NCBI GenBank assembly: GCA_963769025.1
Contig: CAVYKI010000003.1
Span: 256,001-320,000 of the forward strand
Origin: an uncultured Verrucomicrobiae bacterium
GTDB lineage: Bacteria; Verrucomicrobiota; Verrucomicrobiia; Chthoniobacterales; Chthoniobacteraceae
Direction of reading: 5' to 3'
Length of the DNA: 64,000 bases
Under the pieces are notes generated by a model. It did no database searches and was not told the origin of the DNA. It worked only from the letters and a program-made list of their open reading frames with translations. Position numbers and translations under genes: made by a program. Positions 39,364 to 50,042 of the stretch are shown here, piece by piece; within the stretch, counting starts at the first letter, position 1, and every line of letters starts with the position of its first letter.

Positions 39364-40287
39364 GTGCCCAAGGTCCGACGCGCAAAATCCAGACCTGCCC
39401 GCAGCGATGACGGCCAGCTAGAACTGGCCGACCAAACCCGTCTCGACGTGTCAGCCCGTGCCCCGGCGGCGCCGGAGGATGCGGACTTTGAAATGCCGCG
39501 CCGGAGGTGGCGCGACCGGCTGTGGAATGCGCTGGCGGGGCTGAGCCTCGTCCCGTTTGCGTGGATTCTCACCGACGCGCTCTTCAATGCCTTCACCCAC
39601 GCGCCGATCGGCTCGCATCACGTGCCGTTCTGGATGTCGCATGTGTTCCTCATGTTCTGCCTCGGCGCGGCGTTCTGGCTGAGCTGGTGGTGCTGCAGTT
39701 TCCTGTTTTGGAGGCGCCCGACCCCGGTGCGCGCCTACGTGCTCGGGCATGAACTCATGCACATGCTCATGGCGAGGCTGTCGCGCGGCCGCATCAAGGA
39801 CTACCACATCAGCCCCGAGGGCGGCTACATCGTCACGAACAAGTACAATTTCCTCATCGCGCTGGCGCCATACCTTTGGCCATTCTACTCGGTGCCGGTG
39901 CTCGCGGCGTGGGGCCTCGTCTCCATCTGGAAGGGCGCTCCGTTCATGCGCGAGTTCTTCCTCGCCGCGCTCGGGTTCACGTGGATGTTCCACCTCACCT
40001 TCACGCTCTGGGTGCTCCCGCGCGGACAGAGCGACTTTCACGGGCCGGGCCGCGTTTTTTCCATCACGATCATCTATCTCGCAAATGCGCTGCTCCTCAG
40101 CGGCGCGCTCATCGTCCTCGCGCCGGAGGTGAGCTGGCATTCCTACGGGCGGGAATTGTGGGCGAGCACGCTGGCGTTCTACCAGTGGGCGGGCAGCACG
40201 GTGGGTCAGTGCGTGAGCTTCATCAGCGGGATCTGGCAAAGCCATGCCGCAATGCCGCGCGAGGCGATCCAGTTGGCAGGCATTTGA
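39364..40287 (+). CDS. Membrane metalloprotease-like protein (M50B-like); start uncertain
   Basis: YVLGHELMH in a hydrophobic context, IALAPY and QSD. Confidence 0.7.
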   Translation: MPKVRRAKSRPARSDDGQLELADQTRLDVSARAPAAPEDADFEMPRRRWRDRLWNALAGLSLVPFAWILTDALFNAFTHAPIGSHHVPFWMSHVFLMFCLGAAFWLSWWCCSFLFWRRPTPVRAYVLGHELMHMLMARLSRGRIKDYHISPEGGYIVTNKYNFLIALAPYLWPFYSVPVLAAWGLVSIWKGAPFMREFFLAALGFTWMFHLTFTLWVLPRGQSDFHGPGRVFSITIIYLANALLLSGALIVLAPEVSWHSYGRELWASTLAFYQWAGSTVGQCVSFISGIWQSHAAMPREAIQLAGI

Positions 40288-40366
40288 GCGCGCATCCGCG
40301 CGGTGGCCCGGCAGCCCTGCACTAAGCGCTGGCTACTCACCCGCGCCCCTGCAAACTCTGACAACG

Positions 40367-41847
40367 ATGAACACGATCCGACTCCTCCTCCTCGCGCTCG
40401 CGCTCCCCTTCCCCGCCGCAGCCGCCGCCCCGAAGCAGCCGAACGTCCTATTCATCCTCTGCGACGACATCCGCCCGGCCGCCATCGGCTGCTACGGGTC
40501 AAAGCACGTGAAGACGCCGAACATGGATCGCCTCGCGAAGGAGGGCGTGCTTTTCCAAAACACCTTCTGCACGACTTCGCTCTGCTCGCCGAGCCGCGCC
40601 TCGATCCTCACGGGACTCTACGCGCACGCGCACGGGGTGCGGGACAATTTCACCGAACTGCCGACGAACCTCACGCACTGGCCGCAGCGCCTGCGCGAGG
40701 CCGGCTACGAGACGGCCTACATGGGAAAATGGCACATGGGGGAGGACAACGACATGCCGCGCTGGGGCTTCGACTTCTTCGCGACGCACAAGGGGCAGGG
40801 GAAATATTTCGACACGGAGTTCAACTTCGACGGCAAGGATCGCCGCGTGGTGAAGGGCTACTACACGACGGTCGTCACCGACATGGCGCTGGACTGGCTG
40901 AAGAAGGATCACTCGGGCAAGCCGTGGGCGCTGTGCGTCGGGCACAAGGCGCCGCACAGCTTCTACACGCCGGAGCCGAAGTACGAGCACACGTTCGACA
41001 GCGTGCGCGTGGCGTATCCGCAGACGGCATTCGAGCTGGACGACAAGCCGGCGTGGATGAAGGAGCGGCTCTACACGTGGCACGGGATCTACGGGCCGCT
41101 GTTCGAGTGGCGGAAGAAATTCCCCGACGACTCGCCGGCGGCGGTGAAGGATTTCGAGGCGATGGTCCACGGCTACTGGGGCACGATCCTGAGCGTGGAT
41201 GACAGCATCGCGCGTCTCGTCACTTTCCTCGAGGGAGCGCAACCAGCTCGACAACACGATCATCGTCTTCATGGGGGACAACGGCCTGCTCGAAGGCGAG
41301 CACGGCATGGTGGACAAACGCACGATGCACGAGGCGAGCATCCGCATCCCGCTCATCGTGCGCTACCCGGGTCTCGCAGCGGGGAAAGTGATCCCGCAGC
41401 AGGTGCTCACCGTGGACATCGCGCCGTCGCTGCTCGAACTCTGCGGCGCGCCGCCGCTCGAAAAGATCCACGGCAAGTCGTGGGCGAAGCTCGTGCGCGA
41501 GGGCGACGCCGGATTGGCGCAAGGCGTGGTTTTACGAATACAACTACGAGAAGCAGTTCCCCTACACGCCGAACGTCCGCGGCGTGCGCACCGACGAGTG
41601 GAAGTACATGCGCTACCCGCACGGCGACGGTTCGCCGGACCGGCACATGGCCGAACTTTACGACGTGAAGAACGATCCCGAGGAGCGGAAGAACCTCATC
41701 GCCGATCCGCATTACGCCGCGAAGATCGCGGAGCTGAAGGCGCTGCTCGCGAAGACGATGGCCGACTCCGGCCTCACGCCCGAGAACGACAAAATGCCGC
41801 TCGACGCAGGCATCGGCAAAGAACTTCCCGACGCGAAGATCCGATAA
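40367..41847 (+). CDS. Sulfatase (frameshifted)
   Basis: [26 protein letters not shown] and ELYD. Confidence 0.92.
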
Positions 41848-41850
41848 CCC

Positions 41851-41926
41851 GTAGCCGCCGACGGAAGGAGGCGGGCTGATCTCGAAACCGGCATCAGCAT
41901 GCCCGCCTCGTTCCCTCGGCGGCTAC
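41851..41926. repeat. GTAG-type REP-like palindrome between convergent genes
   Basis: gtagccgccga...gaggcgggc pairs with gcccgcctc...tcggcggctac. Confidence 0.75.
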
Positions 41927-41942
41927 CAAGGATGCCGCCGCC

Positions 41943-44900
41943 TCACCGCGTCCGGTCCGTGTAGGTAGGCTTTGCCGGGCGCCGCGGCGGATTCTTCGCG
42001 AGCAAGGCGAGTGTTTCCTGGATGCCCCGCTCAAGCTGCGGATCCCCGCCCTTCGCGATGAGCGCGGGGTCGTCGAGCACCTCGATGTCGGGCTTCACGC
42101 CCTCGCCCTCGATGATCCATTTGCCGGTCGTGTCGTAGATGGCGAACGTGGGCACCGTGACCTTGCCGCCGTCGCTGAGCGGCGGGCAGCCCGTCATGCC
42201 GATCAGCCCGCCCCACGTGCGCGTGCCGATCACCGGCCCGAGCTTTTTCTGCTGGAAGAGGAACGGGAAACAGTCGCCACCCGAGCCGCTCCAGCCGTTC
42301 GCGAGCATGACCTTCGGCCCGTCCGCGGTGACGAACGGCGAGGACCAGTCGCGCCCGTCGCGCACCGCGTAGAAATTGGTCACCGGGCGGTTGAGCAGCT
42401 CGATGAACCGATCGGGAATGTGCCCGCCGGAATTCCAGCGTTCGTCGATGATCAGCCCGTCCTTCTGCACCTGCCCGCGCCATTGCCGGAAGAGCTCCGC
42501 CTGGCCCTCGTCGCCGGTGTTCTTCACGTAGATGTAGCCGATGCGCCCGCCGCTCGCCTTGTCCACGCGCTGGCGGTTCTGCTCGATCCACGCGTGCTGC
42601 CGCAGTGCGGACTCGCTGCCGAGCGTTTTCAAAATCACCTCGCGCGCGCCTTCGAGCACCGGCTTGTCGTTCACGGTGAGGATGACCGTCTTCTCCGAAA
42701 GGCCCATGAATGCCGCGGCGGGCTCGACCTTCGGGTCGAGCTTGCGGCCGTTCACGGCGAGCAACCAGTCGCCCTCCTTCACCTTCGCGCCGGGCCCGCG
42801 CAGCGGTGAGCGGAACGCGGTGTCCCACGGCGCGACGTCGAGGATGCGCTTGATCCGATACGCGCCCTGCTCCAGCGCGTAGTCGCAGCCGAGATAGCCG
42901 ACGCGGCGGTGCGTGGCCTCCTGCAGATCGCCTCCGCTCCGGTACGTGTGTGAGCTGTTCAGCTCGCCGAGCAGTTCGCCGAGGACGTAGTTCACGTCGT
43001 AACGGGTCGCGCAGGCATCGATCATCTTGCGGTAGCGCTCGCGCATGTCCTGCCAGTGGACGAGATGCAGGTACGGGTCGTAGAAAAAGTCGCGCTCGAT
43101 GCGCCACGCGTCGTCGAACATCTGCCGCCACTCGGCGACGGGGTCCACGGTGGCCTCCATCGCACCGATCTGCAGGACACGGTCCGCCTTTTGCCCCTCG
43201 GCGGCGGCGACGACATGCCAGCTGCCGCTGCGCGCGACGAGGAGCTTGTGCCCGTCGGCGCTGATTTCGTAGCCGCCGACATCGTCGAGGATCATCCGCT
43301 CCGCGTGCGCCTCCACGTCGTAATAGCTGAGCGGTGAAGTCTTGTTGTTCGATCCCGTGCGGGGCGGCCAGCGGAAGATCACCTTGCCCGGCAGCGCGCC
43401 GAGCTGGTCGATGCGCCCGCTGCCGACCGGCAGCACGATGGCGCGCCCCTCGAAGTCATCGAGGTCGATCTTCACGTCCGTCGGCCTCGGCGGCACGGCG
43501 GGATTCCCCAGCATGCGCACCGGGCCCTTCGGGGTCTGGACGACGACGCTGCGGGTCGGCGGCTGCGGGATCGCCCTGGGGTCCTCGGGCTTCAGCTCGC
43601 CCTTTTTGGAATCCTCCGGCTTCTTCGCCGGATCGGTGCTCTTCGGCGCGTCCTTCGGTGCCTCCTTTTTCGGCTCGTCCTTTTTCAACGGCTCCTCGTC
43701 GTTCTTCGGCGCGAGCGGCGAAGGCATGTCCTTCCGCAGCGGAACGCAGATGAGCGCGTGGCTGTTCACGTAGGCCCACGTGTTGTCGAACTCGCTCCGG
43801 TGCTGCGTGAAATTCCGCTTGCTGCGGTAGTAGAGATATTTCCCGTTCGGATCGAAAACCGGCAGATCGTCGTCGTAAAATGCACTGGTCACCTGATGCC
43901 GTTTCCGGTCCTTCGTGTCGTAGATTACGATGCCCTGCTGGCGGTTTTCCGTGTCGCCCGCGTAGGCGAGCCAACGGCTGTCGGGGCTCCAGCTGAAGGC
44001 AAAATTCTCGAGCTCGCCGTGGTAGAGCCACATTTCCCGGTCGATGGCCGTCGTCTGCCTCGTCTCGATCTCGTGCAGCCAGATGCGCATCGCGGAATCG
44101 ACGAACACTATCTTTTTGCTGTCGGGCGACCAATGCGGCTGGTAGCGCCAGCCCGAGCACAGCTCCGTGAGCTGCCGCTCCTCGCCCTGGCCGTCCGCGC
44201 TGCGCAGCGTGAGTTCGTATTCGCCGCTGCGGTCGCTGAAGTAGGCGATCCATTTCCCATCCGGCGACCACGCGGGGTAGCGCTCGGCCACGCCCTGGGA
44301 CTCGGTGAAATTCCGCACGATGCCATTTTCCGCGGGCACGGAATAAATCTCGCCGCGCGCCTCGAACAGCACGCGCTTGCCCGTCGGCGAAATCGATCCG
44401 CTGCGGATCAGCCCGCCGACATTCATCACCCGCGGGCGCAGAGTCGCCTTGTCGGTGATCACCTCGATCTTCACCTGCCGCGACTGCTCGGTCGCGAGGT
44501 CGAGGAGGAAGAGCGACCCGCCGTTCTCGAACACGATCTCGTTCGGCCCGACGGACGGGTAGCGCACGTCGTAGCCGGTGAAATTTGTCACCTGCCGCAG
44601 CTTTTTCGTGGCGGCCTCGTAGCACCAGAGGTTCGCGCGTTTCCGCTCGCCGCGGTCGGAGAGAAAATAGACGCGGTCGTTGCCGACCCACATCGGCTGC
44701 GAGTCGCACGCCTCGTTGTTCGTGATGTTCTCCGCCGCGCCCGTGTCGAGGTGGAAGAGCCACACGTCCGGTGCCATGCCGCCGCGGTAGCGTTTCCACG
44801 ACGCGCGGTCCGTGTCCGTCATCGTGTAGGCGAAGGTATTCCCGTCGGGGGATATCGCGCCGAATTCACCGTAGGGAATCGGCAGCCGCTGCGGCAGCCC

Positions 44901-45335
44901 GGCCTGCGCGTTCACGCGGAAGAACTGCCCGACGCGATCCGTGAAGCTCTCGCGGCGCGACGCGAAGACGATGCTCTTGCTGTCCGGCCACCAGCACACC
45001 ATGCGATCCGCGGCACCGTGGTACGTCACCCGGCGCGGCTCGCCGCCGCTCACGGGCATCACGTAGATGCACTCGCCGCCGTCGTAGTTCGCGGTGAACG
45101 CGATCTCGCGGCCGTCCGGCGAAAAACGCGGGAACATTTCCTCGCCCGCCGGCGAACTGAGGCGGATGGCCGTGCCGCCTTCCTTCGGCGCGACCCAGAT
45201 GTCGCCTGCATAGACGAAGGCGATCTGCTTTTCGGACACCGCGGGCATCCGCATGAGACGCGCGTCGAGAACCTCCTCGGCCACGGCCGGGCAGACGAGC
45301 GCGATGATGAGTACGATGAAAGTGGGGAGCTTCAT
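41943..45335 (-). CDS. Tricorn protease homolog (S41 family)
   Basis: PD40 propeller repeats, GELNSSHTY, PDZ, DERWNSGG, GSGGD and GTRTWGG. Confidence 0.93.
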   Translation of the reverse strand: MKLPTFIVLIIALVCPAVAEEVLDARLMRMPAVSEKQIAFVYAGDIWVAPKEGGTAIRLSSPAGEEMFPRFSPDGREIAFTANYDGGECIYVMPVSGGEPRRVTYHGAADRMVCWWPDSKSIVFASRRESFTDRVGQFFRVNAQAGLPQRLPIPYGEFGAISPDGNTFAYTMTDTDRASWKRYRGGMAPDVWLFHLDTGAAENITNNEACDSQPMWVGNDRVYFLSDRGERKRANLWCYEAATKKLRQVTNFTGYDVRYPSVGPNEIVFENGGSLFLLDLATEQSRQVKIEVITDKATLRPRVMNVGGLIRSGSISPTGKRVLFEARGEIYSVPAENGIVRNFTESQGVAERYPAWSPDGKWIAYFSDRSGEYELTLRSADGQGEERQLTELCSGWRYQPHWSPDSKKIVFVDSAMRIWLHEIETRQTTAIDREMWLYHGELENFAFSWSPDSRWLAYAGDTENRQQGIVIYDTKDRKRHQVTSAFYDDDLPVFDPNGKYLYYRSKRNFTQHRSEFDNTWAYVNSHALICVPLRKDMPSPLAPKNDEEPLKKDEPKKEAPKDAPKSTDPAKKPEDSKKGELKPEDPRAIPQPPTRSVVVQTPKGPVRMLGNPAVPPRPTDVKIDLDDFEGRAIVLPVGSGRIDQLGALPGKVIFRWPPRTGSNNKTSPLSYYDVEAHAERMILDDVGGYEISADGHKLLVARSGSWHVVAAAEGQKADRVLQIGAMEATVDPVAEWRQMFDDAWRIERDFFYDPYLHLVHWQDMRERYRKMIDACATRYDVNYVLGELLGELNSSHTYRSGGDLQEATHRRVGYLGCDYALEQGAYRIKRILDVAPWDTAFRSPLRGPGAKVKEGDWLLAVNGRKLDPKVEPAAAFMGLSEKTVILTVNDKPVLEGAREVILKTLGSESALRQHAWIEQNRQRVDKASGGRIGYIYVKNTGDEGQAELFRQWRGQVQKDGLIIDERWNSGGHIPDRFIELLNRPVTNFYAVRDGRDWSSPFVTADGPKVMLANGWSGSGGDCFPFLFQQKKLGPVIGTRTWGGLIGMTGCPPLSDGGKVTVPTFAIYDTTGKWIIEGEGVKPDIEVLDDPALIAKGGDPQLERGIQETLALLAKNPPRRPAKPTYTDRTR

Positions 45336-45424
45336 GGCGCGGGAGCAAACACGGGGTCCCCGTCGTCGGCAACGGGCAAGTGGAGGCGACGATCGCGCGG
45401 GCAACCGGGCCGTTGGCGCTGGCT

Positions 45425-46531
45425 TCAGACCGTCAGCCGGCGTGCACGTGCCTCGATGGGCCACGTTCCGGTGACGCTCCCGCCCTCGACGACGAGCGCC
45501 TCGGCGTGCAGCGCGACCGTCGGGCAGATGTGGCGCGGGATGCCGTGCAGCGTCTGGCCGATCGCGAATTCCCCCGCGCGCGGCGTCTCGATGACGAGGT
45601 GCTCCTCGCTGTGCATCACGGCGGCGGCATCGGGCAGCTCGAAGAAGCGCACGCGCGGATGCGGATTCTCGGCGGCGACCGCCTTGTGCCCGAGGTCGAT
45701 GCAGAGCCGATCGACCCCCGGCTTGCTGACGACGCGCGCGAGCAGCACGGCGGCGTGCTGGAATGCGAGGTCCGCATATCTGTCGCCGTAGCCGAAGTCC
45801 CAGAGCACCGTCGTGCCCGGCGAGCATTCGCGGTCCGTCTGCGATGCGTGGACGGGGAAAGTCGGCGTGCCTCCGGCGACGAGCGCCGGCACGGGCAGCC
45901 CCATGCCTTCGAGTTTCGCGCGCAGCGCGAGCACGGGGGCAAATGCCGCCTCGCACTGCGCACGGCGCGCGACGGGATCGGGCTCGGTGATGTGGCCGTC
46001 GTAGGCGTGCAGCCCGCCGGCTCGGAGGCCGCGCGAGCCGGATATCCACTGGTAAAGTTCCGCCGCGCGATCGCCCGGTTCGATGCCGGTGCGGTGCATC
46101 CCGCAATCCAGATCGATGAAGACGCCGAGCGTGACCCCGGCGGCGAGTGCGGCGGAACCGAGGGCGCCGACTGTCGTGGGATCATCCGCCACCACGCTGA
46201 AGGATGTCTTTGGAAACCGCCGCGCGAGTTTGCAGAGGCGCGCGATGTTCGGCCCGGCCTGCGGGAACGCGAGCAGGACATCCGGAGCGCCGGCCGTGGC
46301 GCACATCTCCGTCTCGGCGATGGTCGAGGTCTTGAATTTCGTGATGCCGAGTTCCACCTGCCGCGCGACGATCTGGCCGAGCTTGTGCGTCTTCACGTGG
46401 GGACGCAGGCGCTCCGGTCCGCCGGCGATCTCGATCATCAGCCGCAGGTTGTGCTCGATGCGGTCGCGGAAAAGCAGCAGCGCCGGCGAGGGGATCGCGG
46501 CTTCGTCCAGGAGGCGGAACCATTCGTTCAT
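45425..46531 (-). CDS. D-threonine aldolase/D-serine dehydratase-family PLP enzyme
   Basis: RPHVKTHK, RTGI, HAYDGH, SEEH and PRHICPTV. Confidence 0.88.
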   Translation of the reverse strand: MNEWFRLLDEAAIPSPALLLFRDRIEHNLRLMIEIAGGPERLRPHVKTHKLGQIVARQVELGITKFKTSTIAETEMCATAGAPDVLLAFPQAGPNIARLCKLARRFPKTSFSVVADDPTTVGALGSAALAAGVTLGVFIDLDCGMHRTGIEPGDRAAELYQWISGSRGLRAGGLHAYDGHITEPDPVARRAQCEAAFAPVLALRAKLEGMGLPVPALVAGGTPTFPVHASQTDRECSPGTTVLWDFGYGDRYADLAFQHAAVLLARVVSKPGVDRLCIDLGHKAVAAENPHPRVRFFELPDAAAVMHSEEHLVIETPRAGEFAIGQTLHGIPRHICPTVALHAEALVVEGGSVTGTWPIEARARRLTV

Positions 46532-46682
46532 CCCACGAGGAAATGCGCGCGCTCCGCGGCTGTCACTTCATTTTCCCCGATCCCGGGCGTCGCGGATGGG
46601 TGATGATAACACTCTTCTCACCCGGTTCGCTCTAAGCTGGCGTCCCCTGCCCCTCTCTATATGTTCGCGCCTCCTTTTTCCG

Positions 46683-49600
46683 ATGAAACGTCCGCTCGCA
46701 TTCTCCGTCGCCACGCTGCTCGCTGCAGCCGCCCCCGTTTTCGCCGCGCCGCCGCCGGCACCCGCTGGCGCGCCTGCGCCTGTCTCGCATGGCGACGGAA
46801 AGGCCGAGGCCGGCGCAAAGGACGGGGCGAACGCGATCAAGACGTTCAAGTACGATGCGGGGATGAAGGTCGAGCTCTGGGCGAATGAGCCGCTGCTCTC
46901 GAATCCGGTGGCGTTTTCGACGGACGATCGCGGACGTTGGTTCGTCGCGGAAAGCTACCGGCAGGAGGGACGCCAGGTGAATGGCAAGCCCACGATCGGC
47001 GGCGTGGTGGACAACCGCGGCCACATGAACTGGCTGGATGCGGACATCGCGGCGCGCACGACCGACGAGCGGCTCGCGATGATGCGCAAGTTTTACCCCG
47101 ACCCGAAAAAGTTCACCGAAGCGTTCGAGACGCATGAGGACCGCGTCGTCGTCGTCGAGGACACAAAGGGTGCCGGGCGCGCGGACAAGAGCACCATATT
47201 CGCCGACGGCTTCCGCGATCCGCTCGACGGCACGGGGGCGGGCATCCTCGCTCGCGGGAATGAAGTGTGGTGGACATGCATCCCGAACCTCTGGCGTTTC
47301 ACCGACTCGAACGGCGACGGCAAGGCCGACACGAGGGACAAGCTGCTCTCGGGCTTCGGCGTGAAGTTCGCCTTCCGCGGGCACGACATGCACGGGCTGC
47401 GCTTCGGGCCGGACGGGAAGCTCTACTGGAGCATCGGCGACCGCGGGCTGAACGTGAAGAGCAAGGAAGGCAGGCAGTCCGAGGTGACAGACACCGGAGC
47501 GATCATGCGGTGCAATCCCGACGGCACGGACTTCGAGGTGTTCGCGACGGGCGTGCGCAATCCGCAGGAGCTGGCGTTCGATGAGTTCGGCAATCTCTTC
47601 ACCGGCGACAACAACTCGGACAGCGGCGACAAGGCGCGCTTCGCGCAGCTCGTCGAGGGCGGCGACTCCGGCTGGCGCATGACTTTCCAATACCTCGAGG
47701 ATCGGGGCCCGTGGAACCGCGAGCTGCTGTGGGATGAGAAGGAAGGGCAAAAGGCGCGCTACATCGTGCCGCCGATCGCGAATCTCAGCAACGGCCCGAG
47801 CGGGCTCACTTACAATCCCGGCACCGGCCTTTCGAAAAAATACGCGGGCAAATTTTACCTGAGCGATTTCCGCGGCGGCGCGAGCGCGAGCGTGGTGCAC
47901 GAGATCGCGCTGGAGCCGGCAGGCGCGTTTTTCAAACTGAAGAATCGGCGCGATGTCATCAAGGGCGTGCTGACGACGGACGTGGAGTTTGGCACCGACG
48001 GGGCGCTCTACGTGCTCGACTGGGTGGAAGGCTGGAGCGGCGTGGACAAGGGCCGCATCTTCAAGTTCACGACACCCGACGCCGACGCGGCGAAGCAGGC
48101 CGAGGTAAAGAAACTGCTCGCCGAAGGCATGGCCGCGCGCCCGGCGGCCGAGCTCGAAAAACTCCTCGCGCACGACGACCAGCGCATCCGGCAGGGCGCG
48201 CAATTCCAGCTCGCGGCAAAGGCCGACACGGAGACGCTCACGCGCGCGGCAACATCCGGGCCGTCCACGCTCGCGCGCGTGCATGGCGTGTGGGGCCTCG
48301 GGCAGCTCGCGAAGAAGCAGCCGCAGGCGCTCACGACGGTGGCGGCGCTGCTCGGCGACAAGGATGGCGAAGTGCGCGCGCAGGCGGCGCGGGTGCTCGG
48401 CGATCACCATTTCAAGGGCGCCTATGACCGGCTCATCGCACTGCTGAAGGACGCGTCCCCGAGGGCGCGCTTCTACGCGGGCATCGCGCTCGGCAAGACG
48501 GGATACAAGCCCGCGGTCGATCCGCTTTTTGCCATGCTCGCGGAAAATGCGGACAAGGATCCCATCCTCCGGCACGCGGGCATCATGGGCCTGACGGGTT
48601 GCGCGGACGCGGCGACGCTCGCGGCGCGGGCGAACCACGCCAGCGCATCCGTGCGCGGGGCCGCGGTCGTGGCGTTGCGCAGGCTGCAGAGTCCGCAGGT
48701 CGCGGCGTTCCTGAAGGACGCGGATCCGTCGGTGGTCCTCGAAGCGGCCCGTGCGATCTACGATATGCCGATCCCCGAGGCGATGCCGGCGCTCGCGGCA
48801 CTGCTCGGCGACAGGAAAATCGCGGACCGCAACATCCTGCTCCGCTCGGTGAATGCGAACTACCGCCTCGGCCATGCGCCGAACGCCAAGGCGCTCGCGG
48901 CCTATGCGGCGGACAACGCCGCGCACACCGCCGGCCGCAGGGAGGCGCTCACCGCCCTCGCGGCATGGGCAAACCCGAATCCGAAGGACCGCCTGCTCTA
49001 CCTCTGGCGTCCGCTGCCGGCGCGCACGAACGCCGATGCCGTGGCGGCACTGACGCCGGTGATTTCCGCGATCCTCCAAAGCGCACCCGGCAACGTGCAG
49101 GAGAGCGCCGCGCTGGCTGCGGCAAAGCTCGCGCTTCGCAGCGGCAACGACGCGCTGTTTGCCCTCGTGAACGACGAGAAGGCCACCAAGGCGGCCCGCA
49201 CCGAAGCCCTTCGCACGCTCGCCTCGCTGAAGGATCCGCGCCTCGCTCAGGCGGCGAAGGAGGCCCTCACGGACCGCGATCCGAAATTGCGCGCCGAGGG
49301 GCTGAAGGCGCTTGTGGCCGCCGATCCCGTCGCCGCGCTGACGACGGTGAGCGAGGTCCTTTCCTCAAACGCGCCGGTGATGGAGAAGCAGGGCGCCGTG
49401 GCCGCACTCGCGGAAAGCCGCACGCCCGAAGCGGAGAAGCTCCTCGCGGGTCTGATGGACAGCCTCATCGCCGGCAAACTCGCCGCCGAGGTGCAGCTCG
49501 ACGTGTATGAGGCGGCGAAAAAGCGGCCCGGCCTGTCGGCGAAAATCCAGCAGTGGACGGCCTCGCTTCCCAAGGCCGATCCCCTCGCGAACTACCGGCT

Positions 49601-50042
49601 CTCGCTCGCGGGCGGCGACGCGGAGCGCGGAAAGAAAATCTTCCGCGAGCACCAGACCGCACAGTGTTTCAAGTGCCACCAATGCGAGGGCGGCGACAGT
49701 CTCGTCGGTCCCGACCTCACGAAGATCGGCGCGACCAAGGACCGCAACTCGATCCTGGAGAGCATCGTCTTTCCAAACCAGGCGATCTCCGAGGGATTCC
49801 AAATCGTCGTGCTCGAACTGACCGACGGCGCGACGGTCGTCGGCCGGCTGATGCGAGAGACGAAGGATCAGCTCCAGGTCGTGACGGTCGATGAGACCGG
49901 CAAGCAGCAGACCGTCAACGTCCCGGCGAAGAAGGTGAAGAGCCGGGTCAGCGCGCCCTCGCCGATGCCGGAGATCATCCGCGATCAACTCAGCCGCACG
50001 GAGCTCCGGGATGTCCTCGAATACCTCGCCAACAGGAAGTAG
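46683..50042 (+). CDS. PVC-type membrane-bound dehydrogenase-like protein with HEAT repeats and a c-type heme (CxxCH)
   Basis: Propeller (HGLRFGPDG, GVRNP), HEAT repeats, CFKCH, GPDL and SPMP. Confidence 0.88.
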   Translation: MKRPLAFSVATLLAAAAPVFAAPPPAPAGAPAPVSHGDGKAEAGAKDGANAIKTFKYDAGMKVELWANEPLLSNPVAFSTDDRGRWFVAESYRQEGRQVNGKPTIGGVVDNRGHMNWLDADIAARTTDERLAMMRKFYPDPKKFTEAFETHEDRVVVVEDTKGAGRADKSTIFADGFRDPLDGTGAGILARGNEVWWTCIPNLWRFTDSNGDGKADTRDKLLSGFGVKFAFRGHDMHGLRFGPDGKLYWSIGDRGLNVKSKEGRQSEVTDTGAIMRCNPDGTDFEVFATGVRNPQELAFDEFGNLFTGDNNSDSGDKARFAQLVEGGDSGWRMTFQYLEDRGPWNRELLWDEKEGQKARYIVPPIANLSNGPSGLTYNPGTGLSKKYAGKFYLSDFRGGASASVVHEIALEPAGAFFKLKNRRDVIKGVLTTDVEFGTDGALYVLDWVEGWSGVDKGRIFKFTTPDADAAKQAEVKKLLAEGMAARPAAELEKLLAHDDQRIRQGAQFQLAAKADTETLTRAATSGPSTLARVHGVWGLGQLAKKQPQALTTVAALLGDKDGEVRAQAARVLGDHHFKGAYDRLIALLKDASPRARFYAGIALGKTGYKPAVDPLFAMLAENADKDPILRHAGIMGLTGCADAATLAARANHASASVRGAAVVALRRLQSPQVAAFLKDADPSVVLEAARAIYDMPIPEAMPALAALLGDRKIADRNILLRSVNANYRLGHAPNAKALAAYAADNAAHTAGRREALTALAAWANPNPKDRLLYLWRPLPARTNADAVAALTPVISAILQSAPGNVQESAALAAAKLALRSGNDALFALVNDEKATKAARTEALRTLASLKDPRLAQAAKEALTDRDPKLRAEGLKALVAADPVAALTTVSEVLSSNAPVMEKQGAVAALAESRTPEAEKLLAGLMDSLIAGKLAAEVQLDVYEAAKKRPGLSAKIQQWTASLPKADPLANYRLSLAGGDAERGKKIFREHQTAQCFKCHQCEGGDSLVGPDLTKIGATKDRNSILESIVFPNQAISEGFQIVVLELTDGATVVGRLMRETKDQLQVVTVDETGKQQTVNVPAKKVKSRVSAPSPMPEIIRDQLSRTELRDVLEYLANRK